Positions 1 to 12,378 of a DNA stretch of 64,000 nt are shown here, piece after piece. Source of the DNA: Hemiscyllium ocellatum (lineage: Eukaryota). The stretch's first letter is position 1, and each line of letters starts with the position of its first letter. Location of the stretch: the NCBI RefSeq assembly GCF_020745735.1, contig NW_026867451.1, forward strand, positions 248,001 through 312,000, in the 5' to 3' direction. Under the pieces are notes generated by a model, which was not told the DNA's origin, did no database searches, and was given only the letters and a program-made list of their open reading frames with translations. Position numbers and translations under genes: made by a program.

Positions 1-500
1 GTATTTGTGTCAACTGATAGCTATAACATCAAAAGTGGGGCAGGAAGAAAACATACCCAGCCACTCGAAACATCCAACAGGCTGCCAGAAACTGTGGGTT
101 CTCCCTGTCCTCCCAGTGTCCAAGAAACCTCTGAGGGCAAGATGGACATGGCAGATGTCGCAGCCTTGATGCCATTACCACCAGCAGAAAAAGATGAATT
201 CCTGCTGAGATGCTCAATGGGTAAGAGGTAGGCCACAGTCCAGTACATGCCGGCAGTATCTGCGCCAGACTCCGTGGAACCAAATCTGATGTAAGCATGC
301 CCCAGGAGAGGCAACAGCAAACAGAATGGGCCTTTTTCTCAGGACTGCGATGGGGAGAAAGGTAGTGATTGAAATGAGGTCAGTGTGGTGGGCCTCACTG
401 AATATGATTTCCCAGATTGGACCAGGTTAACTGCCCCAATCAGGCAGTCCAGGCAGACAGATGTGTTAGGAGTTCTGCTCACTTGAGTTTCCAGCTCTGT
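1..500 (+). mobile_element. Gypsy LTR-retrotransposon relic: pol C-terminal tail, polypurine tract, start of 3' LTR
   Basis: Homologous to 2988-3500 and to 7920-8350, which directly follows an integrase relic; frame ...ETSEGKMDMADVAALMPLPPAEKDEFLLR...; purine tract GGGGAGAAAG at ~352 followed by GTAGTGATTG. The LTR assignment is inference. Confidence 0.6.
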
Positions 501-559
501 AAAGTCTCGCTGAAGTATCACGCAGTGTGCATGTGTACATTGTTAATTTGCTTCACCCA

Positions 560-1260
560 GCGTATTACATGCAAGGAGCTCAGCTTTACCATGTCTTGGA
601 TGGAACAGAGATGGCCATCCACGCGATGAGGAAGATGACACCTGCAAATGGCTCTTCCCGTGAGGCATTGATGTGTGAGGTATTGAGCTCCCAGTGCAGT
701 TGAATTCCCTTGCCTGAATGATCTGGAAGGAGGAGGGCACCCCAGGAGAGCTCCCAGATGACAAAGTCATTAGTGCTTTCAAAATGGCAACATGTCAGAC
801 TGTTGTAACCCCAGGGGAACATCCCTGATGTTGACCACTGGAAACTCAACACCAACTGTCTCTTCCCTGTGGCTGAGGAACTCCTCCCAGAGTCTCAGCG
901 TCTATTAACCATAGTTAAGCACAATGGACATGGTTTTCACTGCTGTATATGTCCCTCCTGAACCTAATAAAGGCCTTTGACACCATCAGTTGGGAAGCAT
1001 TTGTGGAACATTCTTCTCCGCTTAGTTGCAGCTTGAAGTTTGTAACCATCCTTCGACACTTCCGCAAATGTATGTAAGTAATCATAATGACAAACGGCTC
1101 CAACACCTACCCAGTTGAGCAGGGCTGTGTCATCAACTCAACACTGTCCTGAATCGACCTCGCTGCAGGGTGTCATTGCCGACAATCTGCCCAGTTTGAG
1201 CCCAGGGGGCTTTTATTGTAGTCCTGCATTTTCGCTGTCCCAGAAGCTCTTGTTGGACTT
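560..1260 (+). mobile_element. RTE-clade LINE RT fragment (degenerate)
   Basis: Decayed motifs IWKEE..P.(D)LPD..V..FK, TMDMVFT, DL.KAFD and EQGCVI..TL; paralogous to 3540-4620, 5500-6480 and 8385-9250. Confidence 0.7.
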
Positions 1261-1292
1261 TAGTATGAGGGTTTAGATACTTTTCTTTGAAG

Positions 1293-1604
1293 TGGGTGGC
1301 ACAGTGGCACAGTGGTTAACAATGCTGCTTCACAGCGCCAGAGACCTGGGTTCCATTCCTGCCTGAGGCAACTGTCTGTGTGGAGTTTGCACATTCTGCC
1401 TGCATGGGTTTCCTCTGTGTGCTCCAGTTCCCTCCCACAGTCCAAAGATTTGCAGGTTAGGTGAATTGGCCATTCTAAATTGCCAGTCGTATTTGTTGAG
1501 GGGATAAATGTCGAGGAATGGGTATGGGTGGGTTGCTCTTTGGAGGGTCGGTGTGGGCTTGTTTGGCCGAAGGGCCTGTTTCCACACTGTAAGTAATCTA
1601 ATCT
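1293..1604 (+). mobile_element. HE1-type tRNA-derived SINE
   Basis: GGCACAGTGGCACAGTGGTTA A-box head, GGTTCCATTCC B-box-like sequence, LINE-like 3' tail GGGCCTGTTTCCACACTG and an AATCT repeat; present only in the first copy of the array. Confidence 0.9.
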
Positions 1605-2029
1605 GTGAGCAGTTGTAGGACCTCTGGCTTTTAACAAGTATTGTTCCTTTCCCAGGAGTGTTCCATAGCAACAAAGCAGAGAGCAATTTTTTATTTCATT
1701 GAAAAGAGCAAATGCTGGAGATCACAGTGGGTCAGACAGCATCCATGAGAGAGAGCAAGCTAAGTTTTAGTGTCAAGATGTCTCCTCATCAGAGCTGCTC
1801 ATTTATTGTTTGCTTTCTGTGATTTGCTTGAGGTTAGTTTTATATTGGCCCCTTGTGGCCCCTGCCCACGAGTGCTTGGTGGGGACTGAGCCCAGGGAGA
1901 GCCAGATTGAGATTGTTTATTTCCTTCTGACTTTGCACAGAGGAATAGCATGTTTTTTTTTAGAAATTGAAAGCAGGTTTAGTTTCTGTTTTAAGAGCAG
2001 AGTGTATGCCGCAGTGTGGTGCCTGATCT

Positions 2030-2985
2030 TGGGAATGTCTGTTGCAGGCAGTGAGGGATGTTTTTCAGGCTGGAGGCCTGTGGTGAATTCAGGAATGGAT
2101 GCTGGGTCCAATGCCATTTTTCATTTATGTAAAAGATTTCAATGAGAATATAGGATGCATGGTTTGTGAGGAATGGCAGATCAAGTTTAATTTTAATAAA
2201 TGCACTATGTTGCACTTTGGTTAGAGGGACAGGACAAGACTTACACAGTTCATAGTAGGGCTTGTGGAGTGTTGTCAAACAGAGAGACCTAGGGGTTGGC
2301 AGAATGTCTTGGTGGCCAAGTACATCGATCCCTGAAATTTCCCACCCAGCTTGGTAAGCCTGTCAAGAAAGCATACAATGTTAGCTTTTCTTGGTGGAGG
2401 TATTGAGTTTCTGAGCCATGAGGTCATGTTGCAGCTGTAGAAAACTCTGGTGTGGCCACACTTCGAGTATTGTGTGCTTTTCTGGTCACTGCATGATAGG
2501 AAGGATGCAGATTGTTTGGAAAGGGTTCAGAGGTGATTTATTAGGATGTTGTCTAGTATGAAGGGAAGTTCTTTTGAAGAAAGGCTGAGGAATTGAGGCT
2601 GTTTTCATTAGAGAGAAGAAGGTTGAGAGGTGACTTAATTGAAATATCTGAGGTAATCAGAGGATTCAGGGTGGAGAGTGAGAGCCTTTTTCAACGGATG
2701 GTGATGGCTCGCATGAGGGGACACAGCTTTAAATCGAGGAGTGATTGATACAGGACAGTTGTCAGAGGTAGTTTCTTTACACAGAGAGTTGTACTGGTGT
2801 GGAATGCCCTGCCTGCAACTGCTGTAAACTCACCAAATTTATGGGAATTTAAATGGTTATTGGATAAACTATGGATGAAAATGAAATTGTGCAGGATAGA
2901 TGGGCTTCAGATTGGTTCCACAAGTCATCGCAACATCGAGGGTTGAAGGACCTGTGCTGCGCTCTAATGGTCTCTGTTCTATATC
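2030..2985 (+). mobile_element. CR1/HER1-type LINE 3' fragment
   Basis: Decayed RT C-terminal coding sequence and the 3' end GAGGGTTGAAGGACCTGTGCTGCGCTCTAATGGTCTCTGTTCTAT. Confidence 0.8.
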
Positions 2986-2987
2986 CT

Positions 2988-3500
2988 GAAAAACATGCAG
3001 ATAACATGACAGCTGCAAATTCTCAAGTCTCAAAACATACCCAGCCCCTCAGAACATCTGGCACGGCTGTCCGAACCTATGGATTCTCCCAGTCTGCCCA
3101 GCCTGGAAGAAACCTCTGAGGGCGAGATGGACGCAGCAGATGTCTCAGCCTTGGCATCGTTACCAGCAGTGGAAGAAGATAAATTTTTTCTGAGACGCAA
3201 GAAGTTGGCCACAGTACAGCACATGGCACCATTGGTGAGGCCAGAGTCTGAGGAAGTGGACCGAGTGGGAAAATAACTCAGGATATGTAACAGGAAAGAG
3301 AATGGGCCCATGTCCCAGGGCTTAGAGGAGGATGGAGGTAGTGATTGGAACGTAGTCACCCAGTAAATATAATTCCCCTGGTTGGGGCTCTTCCCCTGGT
3401 CCAAGCAGGGAGTCCTGACTGGCAGGTGTGTCAGGGGTTCTGCTCACCTGAGGAGACATCTGTGTGAAGGCTAGGTCAGTGTCATGTCCTGTGCACGTGT
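2988..3500 (+). mobile_element. Gypsy relic pol tail/PPT/LTR start (copy 2)
   Basis: KHADNMTAANSQ...EETSEGEMDAADVSALASLPAVEEDKFFLRR...; purine tract at ~3324 followed by GTAGTGATTGG. Confidence 0.6.
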
Positions 3501-3539
3501 AAATTGTTGACGTGCATCCCGCAGCATGTTGCATGCATG

Positions 3540-4620
3540 GAGCTCAGCAGTAACCAAGCCTTAGATGATACAAAGAAGACTGTCCTCCATCTTAAGAAAG
3601 AGGCTGCGGGTGCAAGTGGTACTCCCCCTGAGTGCGGAGATACTGAGCTCCCCGTGTAGCTGCATGCCCTTGTCTGCCTTACCTGGAAGGAGGAGAACAT
3701 CCCAGGTGAGTTCCCAAATGCCACAGTTGTGAGTGTTATCAAAAAACGGAACACGTCAGACTGTGGGAACTCCAGGAGAATATTCTCAATGTCGAACATT
3801 GGAAAACTCAGCACCAAGGTCCTGTTCAACTCTCTCATCCCTCGAGGAGGTGATTCTAAGAAGGCGAGGTCTGTGTCATATACTATGCACGTGTAAAGTC
3901 TTGAACTGTATCCTGCAGTGTATTACATGCAAGGAGCTCAGTAATCCCCAATTTTGGCTGAAACAGAGAAACCTGTCCTCCAGCTAAAGAATGAGGCTGC
4001 AGGTGCGATTAGTATTCTCCCTGAGGCATTGAAGGGGAGAGGCACTGAGCTCCCAATGCAGCTGCAAGCCCTTGTCTGCCTTATCTGGAAGGAGGAGAGT
4101 GTCCCTGGAAAGCCCCAAAATGGCACAGTTGTAAGTGTTTTCAAAAAAAGTGAACGTGTCAGACTGTGCTAACTGCAATAAAACCTCTCTGATGTCTTCC
4201 CGGAGACTCAGTATCGCTTTCTGTCACAAAGGAGCACAATGGACATGATTGTCACTGCTGCATATCGCGTTCTTGGACCTTACAAAGGCTTTTGACACTT
4301 TCAATGAGGTAGCATTTTTGAAGTGTTCTTCACCACTTTAGTTACACCATGAAATTTGACACCACCCTTCTCCTGGTCCACAATGACAGATGTCATCATT
4401 ATGACAAATGGCTTCAACACCTGCCCTTTGCCCCTTTGAACTGGTGGTGAGCAGGGCTGTGTCATCACCACAACACTCCTGAACCTAAGTTGCTGCAGAG
4501 CCACTCCACCGACAAGCTGCCCACATTTTTGCCAAGGGGGGGGTTTATTTTCCACCTGCACTGTTGTTGTCCTAAAATCTCTTGATGGGGTTCAGTGTGA
4601 GTGATAAATTATTTTCAGTT
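3540..4620 (+). mobile_element. RTE-clade LINE RT fragments (internally duplicated start)
   Basis: ORF 3954-4172 ...EALKGRGTELPMQLQALVCLIWKEESVPGKPQNGTVVSVFKK; the same block also occurs at 3540-3850. Confidence 0.7.
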
Positions 4621-5805
4621 GAAATGAGCAGGTGTACTTCCTCTGGATTGCAAACCATTGTTGTTCTTTTCCCAGGAGTGTTCAATAACAACAGAACAGA
4701 GGGTTTAATTATTTTGTTGAAAAAAACAAATGCTGGATATTACTGCAGGTCAGACAGCATCCATGAAAGAGAGCAAGCTAGGATATGGAGTCTAGATGAC
4801 TCCTCATCAAAGCTGTTCATATATTGTTTGTTTTATTTGATTTACTTGAGTTTCTTTTTATGTTTTTGTGCACACGAGTGTGTAGATTCGGTTATTTCAT
4901 ATCAGGATTAATCCTCGACACAACAGAACGGGCTATATTTTCTATGTTCTATGTTGGCCCCCGTAAACCCTGCCCATGAGTGGTTTGTGGGAGAAGGCTC
5001 CAGAGAGAGCCAATTTTTGATTATTTGTTTATTTCTGTCTTCCCCAGAGTAATAGTATCTTTTTTTGCTGTAACAAAGTGCAAGCAGCTTTAGTTTCTGT
5101 TTTGAAAGTGCAGAATGTATGTCATGGTGCTGTGTCTGTTCTGGGAGAGTATGTTGTAAGCAGTGAGGGTTGTTTTTCAGACTGGAGGCAAATGACAAAT
5201 ACAGGAATCATTGGCGGTCCCATGCTGTTTGTTATTTATGTCAAGAATTTTGAAGAGAAGCTCAGATGCATGGTTTGTGAGGAGTGGCAAGTGGACTTTA
5301 ATTTTGATAAATACAAAATGTTGCATTTGGCGCAAGGAACAGGACAATCCCTTCACAGTTAATGGAAGGGCCCATGAAGTGTTGTCGAACAGAGAGTCCC
5401 AGGGGTTGACAGAACACCTACAGTGTGAAAACACAACAGGTCCATACACTGTGTCATATATTGTGCACATGTAAAATCTTGAACTGGATTCTGCAGCATA
5501 GGAGCTCAGCAATCCCCAGTCTTGGGCGGTACAGAGAATGCTGTCCTCTGGCTTCAGAATGAGGCTGCAGGTGCAATTGATATTCTTCCTGAGGCATTGA
5601 AGGGGAGAGGCAGTGAGCTCCAGTGGAGCTGCATGCCCTTGTCTGCCTTATGTGGAAGGAGGGGAGCATCCCTGGAGACCCCCCCCAGATGCTACAGTTG
5701 TGAGTGTTTTCAAAAGAAGAAAATGTATGAGACTGCTAACTACAGCAAAATCTCCCTGGTGTCGACCATTGGAAAACATATCTTGTCAACTGTCTCCTGT
5801 CTGTG

Positions 5806-6025
5806 AGGAGAAAGTGAGGACTGCAGATGCTGGAGGTCAGAGCTGAAAATGTGTTGCTGGAAAAGCACAGCAGGTCAGGCAGCATCCAAAGAGCAGGAGA
5901 ATCGACGTTTTGGGCATGAGCCCTTCTTCAGGAATTGAAGAAGGGCTCATGCCCGAAACATCGATTCTCCTGCTCTTTGGATGCTGCCTGACGTGCTGCA
6001 CTTTTCCAGCAACACATTTTCAGCC
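5806..6025. mobile_element. Head-to-head inverted Penelope-terminus insertion with 16-bp TSD
   Basis: Arms 5842-5930 and 5936-6024 are reverse complements (84/89 by my alignment); CTGTCTCCTGTCTGTG is repeated at 5790-5805 and 6026-6041. Confidence 0.85.
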
Positions 6026-7174
6026 CTGTCTCCTGTCTGTGCCTGAGGAACCCATCCCAGACTTTCTATGTGTAATTCAGCCCCAGACAGGCACAAAGGA
6101 TGTGATTTTTACTGTTATATTGGGTGCTCTTAGAACTTTCAAAGTCCTTTGACCCCATCAAACAGGAAGCATATGTGTAGCGTTCTTCTCTGCTTTAGTT
6201 GCATCATGAAACTTGTCACCATCCCTCATCTGGTCCAGAACGATGTGTGAGTCATTTTAAAGACAAATGGCTTCAACACTGACCCATTCTGCCTCTGAAC
6301 CGGTGTTGAGTAGGGTGATGTCATCACCACAAAACAGCTCTGAATCTACCTCACTGCAGCACCTCAATGCAGATACACTGCCCACTTTTAGGCCAAGGGG
6401 GCTTGTACTGAAGTCCTGAATGTTGCTACCCCAATCACCCTTGATGAGGATCAGTGTGAAGGATAAGTTATTTTCAGTTGACATGAGCATGTGTACTTTC
6501 TCTGGATTTCAAACCATTTTGTTTTAAACAACAGTGTTCAATCATGACAGAACAGAGAGGATTTATTTACCAAATTGAAAGGAACAAATGCTGGAGATCA
6601 CAGTGGGTCAGACAGCATCCAGGAGAGAGAGCAAGCTAAGATTTTGAATCTAGATGTCCTCTCATCACAGCTGTTTATTTTTTGTTTGTTTTCTTTGATT
6701 TGTTTGAGTTTTTTTATGTTACCCCCTGTAGCCCCTGCCCACAAGTGGTTGGTGGGAACAGAATCCAGGCAGAGCCAAGTTTTGATGATGTATTTCTGTC
6801 TTTCTGCAGAATAATAGTGTCTTATTTGTTCAACAAGCAGCTTTAGATTCTTTTTGAAAGAGCGAAGTGTATGTCACGGTCTTGTGCCTGTTCTAGTAGT
6901 GTCTGATACAGGCAGTGATGGTGTTATTCAGATTGGAAGCCTGTGACGAATACAGGAATCGGTGCTGGGTCCAATGTCATTTGTCATTTATGTAAAGATT
7001 TGGATGAGAATATGGGATGGATGGTTGGTGAGGAGTGGCAGTTGGGGTTTCACTTTGATAAATGCAAATTGTTGCATATTGGAAAGAGTTGCAGAGCAAG
7101 GCTTACACAGTTAATGGCAGGGCCTATGGATTGTTGTTGAACTGAGAGTCCCAGGGTTGACAGAACTCCTACAG

Positions 7175-8350
7175 TGCAGAGGCAGGCCACTTGACACAAT
7201 AGGTCACAACACCAGTGCCATTCGCCTTGTGTGCAAAAGTAGTAGCATGAGCCTGGAGAGCTGAGGGATCATCAAACCACCGTAGTTTGCCATAGGAGAG
7301 TACTGTAGATACCCATTATTGGTCGATTTGCCTTTGTAGATTTGAAAGAAATGCTGAGCCAGGGATCTGTAAATTAGTCATTGTGCATGCCCATTCTAGT
7401 GGTTAGATGTGCATAATGTTCGTTTGTGAAATGTGAAGATGATGTTTGAAAAGCTGTGAGCATCTGGTGTCTGGACGTGTTGGTCACAGATAATGGGCAT
7501 TCATATGACAGCTGCATATGTAGTCCAAAACTCAGTCCAAACTTTGAAGGCATGCTTAAGAAAACAGCTGACGACTTCACTGGAAACTAAGTTGTCCAGT
7601 TTCTGTTTGATGTTACAAACAGAGCACACACAACTGCAGGGACATCGCCACCAGAGTTGCTAATGCAGAGAAGTCTCCACACCAGGTTAAATCTGATCTT
7701 CTCAGACATTACGGGGAGGGTGAAACAGCATCAGGAATGCCAATGCCGGCCACAAATCTCCTGTTTGTGCATGAGCCAGTTTACTTTATAGGACAGAATG
7801 TGCCGTTGAAACCGTGGGAATGGCCATGCATGAGTACGAGTCATGGTCGAAATGAGGACAGTTCTCTTGATGTACAATGCTTGTATCAGAGAGACGATCC
7901 TGAACAATTGTGAGGATCACATGATCACTGTAACCACACAAGTGGCCTGGAGCAAGACATAACAAGTCCCCAGAACACCTGGCAAGGCTGTCTGCACCAA
8001 TGAGTTCTCCCCATTCACTCTGTGTGGAAGAAATCTCTGAGGGTGTGATGGAAATGGCAGATGTCGCAACCTTGATGTCATTGCCACCTGCAGAATTTCT
8101 GATCTGATGTTGGTCACAGTCCAGCGCATGCCTTCAATCTCCAAGCGAGAGTCTGAGGAAGTGGACCTAGTAGGAAAATGACTCAAGATATGCCACAGAA
8201 TACAGAATGGGCTTTTGACCCAGGAATTAGATGGGGATGGAGGTAATGATTGGAACGTGGTCAGTTGAGTGAGCCTCATTGAATATCATTTCCTAGGTAG
8301 GGTCTGTTCACCTGGTCCAGTCTGTGAGACTTGACTGGCAGGTGTACATG
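7175..8350 (+). mobile_element. Internally deleted Gypsy relic: RT N-terminus fused to integrase core, pol tail and LTR start
   Basis: PVPFALCAKV (~7213); VIVHAHS (~7378); LDVLVTDNG (~7471); HTTAGTSPPELLMQRSLHTRLNLIFSDITGRVKQHQ (~7627-7735); stops and frameshifts present. Confidence 0.85.
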
Positions 8351-9039
8351 GAAATTCTTGAATTGCATCCCACAGCATATTACACACAAGGAGCTCAGCA
8401 ATAGCCAAGTCCTGCAGCTCAAGAACAAGGCTGCAGGTGCAATTGGTATTCCCCCTGAGGCATTGAAGTGCAGAGGCAGTGTGCGCCAGTGCAGCTGAAT
8501 GTGCTTCTCTGCCTTAACTGGAAGGAGGAGAGCATCCCAGGAGACCTCCCAGATGCCAAAGTCGTGAGTATTTTCAAAAACAGGAACATGTCAGACTTCG
8601 ACACTGCAGGGAAATATCCCTGATGTCGACCATTGGGAAACCAGTGTCCAAGTTCTTTTTCAACTGTCTGCCCCCTGTGGCTGAGGAACTCCTCCCAGAG
8701 TCTCAGGGTGACTTTCAGCCACAGTCGGGCACAATGGACATGGTTCTCACTGCTGCATATGGCCCTCTTGAACCTTCCAAACATTTTTGACAGAATCAAT
8801 CACAAAGCATTTGTGGAGCATTCTTACCTGCTTTAGTTGCAGCATGCAGTTTGTTCATCATCTTTCGATGGATCCACAACAACATGTAAGTCATCATAAT
8901 CACAAATGGCTTCAACACCTAACCATTCCCCCTTTGAACCAGCGTCGAGCAAGGCTGTGTCATCATTTTAGCAGTGTTCTGAATCGAGCTCCTGCAGGAC
9001 CTCACTGCTGTCAAGCTGCCCAATTTTGAGCCCAGGTGG

Positions 9040-9159
9040 AAGGGCTTATGCCCGAAACGTCGATTCTCCTGTTCCTTGGATGCTGCCTGACCTGCTGCGC
9101 TTTTCCAGCAACACATTTTCAGCTCTGATCTCCAGCATCTGCAGTCCGCACTTTCTCCT
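9040..9159 (+). mobile_element. Penelope-terminus insertion in RTE relic (5'-truncated hammerhead core)
   Basis: AAGGGCTTATGCCCGAAACGTCGATTCTCC...GATGCTGCCTGACCTGCTGCGC; absent from the equivalent position of copy 1 (~1205). Confidence 0.8.
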
Positions 9160-9934
9160 TGAGGCTTTTATTTTAGTCCAGCGCTGTAGCTGCCGCAGCA
9201 GCTCTTGATGGGGGTCAGTGTGAGGAAAAAGATATTTTTATCAGAAATCAACAGCTGTACTTCCTCTGGATTTTAAATGATTGTTGTCCCTTTCCCAGGA
9301 GTGTTCAATAGTGGCATCGTAGAGAGGATTTATTTATTTAGTTGAAAAGAACAAATGCTGGAGATCACAGTGGGTCAGACAGCATCCATAAGGTAGAGCA
9401 AGCTAGGATTTTGAGTCTAGATGTCTCTTCATTAAAGCTGTTCATTTATTGTTTGTTTTCTTTGATTTGCTTGATTGTATTTTTATCTTGCCCCCTGAGG
9501 CCTCTGCCCACTAATAGTTGGAGGGGACTGAGTCTGGGGAATGCCATTTTTTGATTGTTTATTTCTTTCTGTCTTTCCCTGGAATAATGGTGTCTGGTTT
9601 TGTTTTAAAAAGTGAAAGCAGCTTTAGTTTCTGTTTTGAAAGAGCAGAGTGTATGTCTCAGTGTGGTGCATGTTCTGGGAGTATCTGATGCAGGCAGTGA
9701 GAGTTGTTTTCCAGGCTGGAGGTCTGTGATGAACATGGGAATCTGTACTGGGTCCAATGTCATTTGTCATTTATGTAAATGATTTAGATGAAAACATGGA
9801 TTGTGAGGAGTGGCAGATGGAGTTTAATTTTGATAAATGTAATCAAAAGGACAGAGTAAAAGTTACATATTTAATGGTAGGGCCTGAGGAATGCTGTCAA
9901 ACAGAGAGACCTAGGGGTTGCAGAACCTCTCCCG

Positions 9935-10000
9935 TGCGGAAGCAGGCCAGTCAGCTCAACAGGTCAACACCACCAGTGCCATTTGCCTTGCTTGCAACAG

Positions 10001-10036
<36 letters not shown>

Positions 10037-10880
10037 GGCTGGAAAGCGAAACACTCATCAAACTAATGTGGTTTTCCCTTTGAGCAGTGCTGGTTATCCT
10101 CATGATTGGTTATTTTGCCTTTGTGGAAATTTTAAAGGAACAATGAGCCAGTTTTTGAAGCCAGGTAAATAACTGATCCATCGCATCGAGGACATGTACA
10201 CAAAACTGCAGGGGAGCGGCATTTAAACTGAGCCATGGGAACAAGCCATTGTGATTCAATGAGGATTCCCATAAATATGCTGCACCTAAACCAATAAGGG
10301 TTTGAACTGACTTTCTTTTCAGGTATCATCTGCCTGTGAACCTTTCCAGTGAACAAGGGAAAACATTTTACAAGGTCTGTCCTAGTTCACTATTCATCTG
10401 ATTGATGTGCTAATAACCAGGAAGATTAATAAAGTGCATTTAATGTTTCTCCAAGGTCTGAGGAAGGAAATAAAATTATATTCCAAGGCACCCCAAGTGA
10501 CCTCCTTGAGCTACAGCATTGGGCAAGAGCAGGTTAGACACATTTAGAGACCAACTGTGGGCAACCTAAGCTCCCACGTTGGTTTCTGAGCTTGGGTGTT
10601 TCCTTGGGTCAGTAAATTATTACAGAAAATTATGTAATAATCTGGCCTCCAATTGGCAGGTTAGATTTGGTATTCAGAAAGGATCATCTTTGCAAATAGT
10701 CAGGTCACCAGGAAGTAGCCATTCAGGAAGTGGAAATATAGCTACTGCCATTTGAAGCCTTCACACAGAATAATCCCCAGTGAGTTCTGGCGCTGACATG
10801 TGAAGCCTTCCCTTACTATATCTGGTTACTACTGGCTCACTGATGACTCAGCAGAGAAGTGTATAGCTTCTAAGACTTGT
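9935..10880 (+). mobile_element. Gypsy pol RT-RNase H relic
   Basis: PVPFALLATV...RLESETLIK, LCGNFKGTM, IEDMYTKL, VSSAC..FQ, degenerate YxDD region (HLIDVLIT), FLGSVNYYRK and LALTCEAFPY; multiple stops. Confidence 0.85.
10002..10036 (+). repeat. (AGAC)8 microsatellite
   Basis: Directly visible, inside the Gypsy RT relic. Confidence 0.97.
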
Positions 10881-10973
10881 TTTGGTTGGCTTCCAGCAGT
10901 TTACAGAGAGAGGGACATTTTTAAGATAGTAGCAGGTTATAGATAATGAGGGTTGTGTCCCTTAAGAAAGTTA

Positions 10974-11201
10974 AACATAGAACAATACAGCACAGAACAG
11001 GCCCTTTAGCCCACGATGTTGTGCTGAACATTTGTCCTAGCTTAAGCACCTATCCGTGTACCTATCAAATTGCCGCTTAAAGGTCACCAATGATTCTGAC
11101 TCTGTCACTTCCACAGGCAGCGCATTCCATGCCCCCACTACTCTCTGGGTAAAGAACCCACCCCTGACATCCCCTCTATACCTTCCACCCTTCATCTTAA
11201 A
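10974..11201 (-). mobile_element. CR1/HER1-type LINE 3' end
   Basis: Reverse complement of 32313-32540 with few differences, including the CTATGTT tail. Confidence 0.92.
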
Positions 11202-11933
11202 GAAAGAACTTTTGGGTCTGGAAGAGATTACATCGATCGGAACGGATGAAGAGACTGGGGCATTTTTCATGGATAAGTTGATTTCAAGATTTCTTCCACA
11301 GATGTTGCCAGACCTGCTGAGCTTTTCCAGCAACTTCTATTTTTGTTTCCAAGGATGCTGACTGCTGTCTATGTTTACATAGATTGGAATGGTTGTATCA
11401 GCTGGAGAGGTTTACACTGATACACACTACTAGGGAGTGGAGAAGCTAACAGAGGTAAGGAGTATTTAATGGACTAGAGAATCTCACAGCAGTGGAAGGA
11501 CTGTAGGGACTGGAGAAGATTATAGACATGGGGAGATGTGTAGGGTTGGGAAGATTGTGCTTGCTCTCGGAATGGAAAGAATGTTTACTCATCATGAGGG
11601 TTGTCAAGACTTAATTATTGATATCGCGGGAAACTGAGGAGGTAGCAGTCAAAGGAAAGTTTATATAGTCCGGATCAGTTTACAGAGAGATAATTGATTC
11701 TTGGATTTGCAAACAGGAACTGTGACAGGGAATGATATAAAGAATGACAATGTAACTTATTTTTCTCAATTTCTGTATTCTGTTAGTAATGATTGTACCT
11801 AGATACTCTATACCTAAGGTGGCAGTATGTTGGTGACATTGTTGCAATGTATTCAATCTTGTAACTGTAGAGTCTATACCTAGGTACCTTTGTACCCTAG
11901 ATAGCACTGTAAATGGCGACTCACAAACGTTTC

Positions 11934-12227
11934 TTAGATTAGATTCCGTACAGTGTGGAAACAGGCCCTTCAGCCCAACAAGTCCACACCGACGCTCCGA
12001 AGAGCAACCCACCCAGACCCATTCTCCTACATTTACCCTGACTAATGGACCTAACACTACGGGCAATTTAACATGGCCAATTCGCCTGACCCACATCTTT
12101 GGACTGTGGGAGGAAACTCATACAGACACAGGGAGAATGTGCGAACTTCACACAGAGGTGGGAATTGAACCCGGGTCTCTGGCTTTGTGAGGCAGCAGTG
12201 CTAACCACTGAGCCATGGTGCTGCCCC
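11934..12227 (-). mobile_element. HE1-type SINE
   Basis: Reverse-complement homologue of 1293-1604 with a TAGAT tail. Confidence 0.9.
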
Positions 12228-12378
12228 AATGTATTAACTATACTAATTTGACCACGTGACAATAAAGTTAATTCATTCATTCATTAACTCCAAAGTTACA
12301 GTGCTAGGGAAAATTCTAAAGGCAGGAAGAGGTCACAGTCATATACAAGGACAAGAGAAGGCTACGTAGGCAATGAGT

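Larger units (their letters stand above)
1..10880 (+). repeat. Diverged tandem array (~4 copies, 1.7-4 kb each) of a composite Gypsy/RTE/Penelope-terminus/CR1 unit
   Basis: The same blocks recur in the same order, e.g. GAAACCTCTGAGGG..GCAGATGTC at ~125, ~3110 and ~8035; ATCTGGAAGGAGGAG at ~720, ~3680, ~4083 and ~8518; AAATGCTGGAGATCACAGTGGGTCAGACAGCATCCA at ~1711, ~4728, ~6586 and ~9353; CAGAGAG.C..AGGGGTTG.CAGAA at ~2282, ~5390, ~7142 and ~9902. Confidence 0.85.

Noticed and set aside
3030-8279. Similar minus-strand ORFs at 3030-3404 and 7917-8279 (TTFQSLPPS...HILS.FPTRSTSSDS) as a novel gene family
   Set aside because: They are the antisense of the duplicated Gypsy pol tail/LTR block; the similarity follows from DNA duplication, and copy 1 is broken.
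1741-9440. Minus-strand hammerhead motifs in the array block (~1760-1797, ~4775-4815, ~6635-6675, ~9400-9440) as active ribozymes
   Set aside because: Each copy has mutations in CTGA and/or GAAA; they are useful only as covariation evidence.
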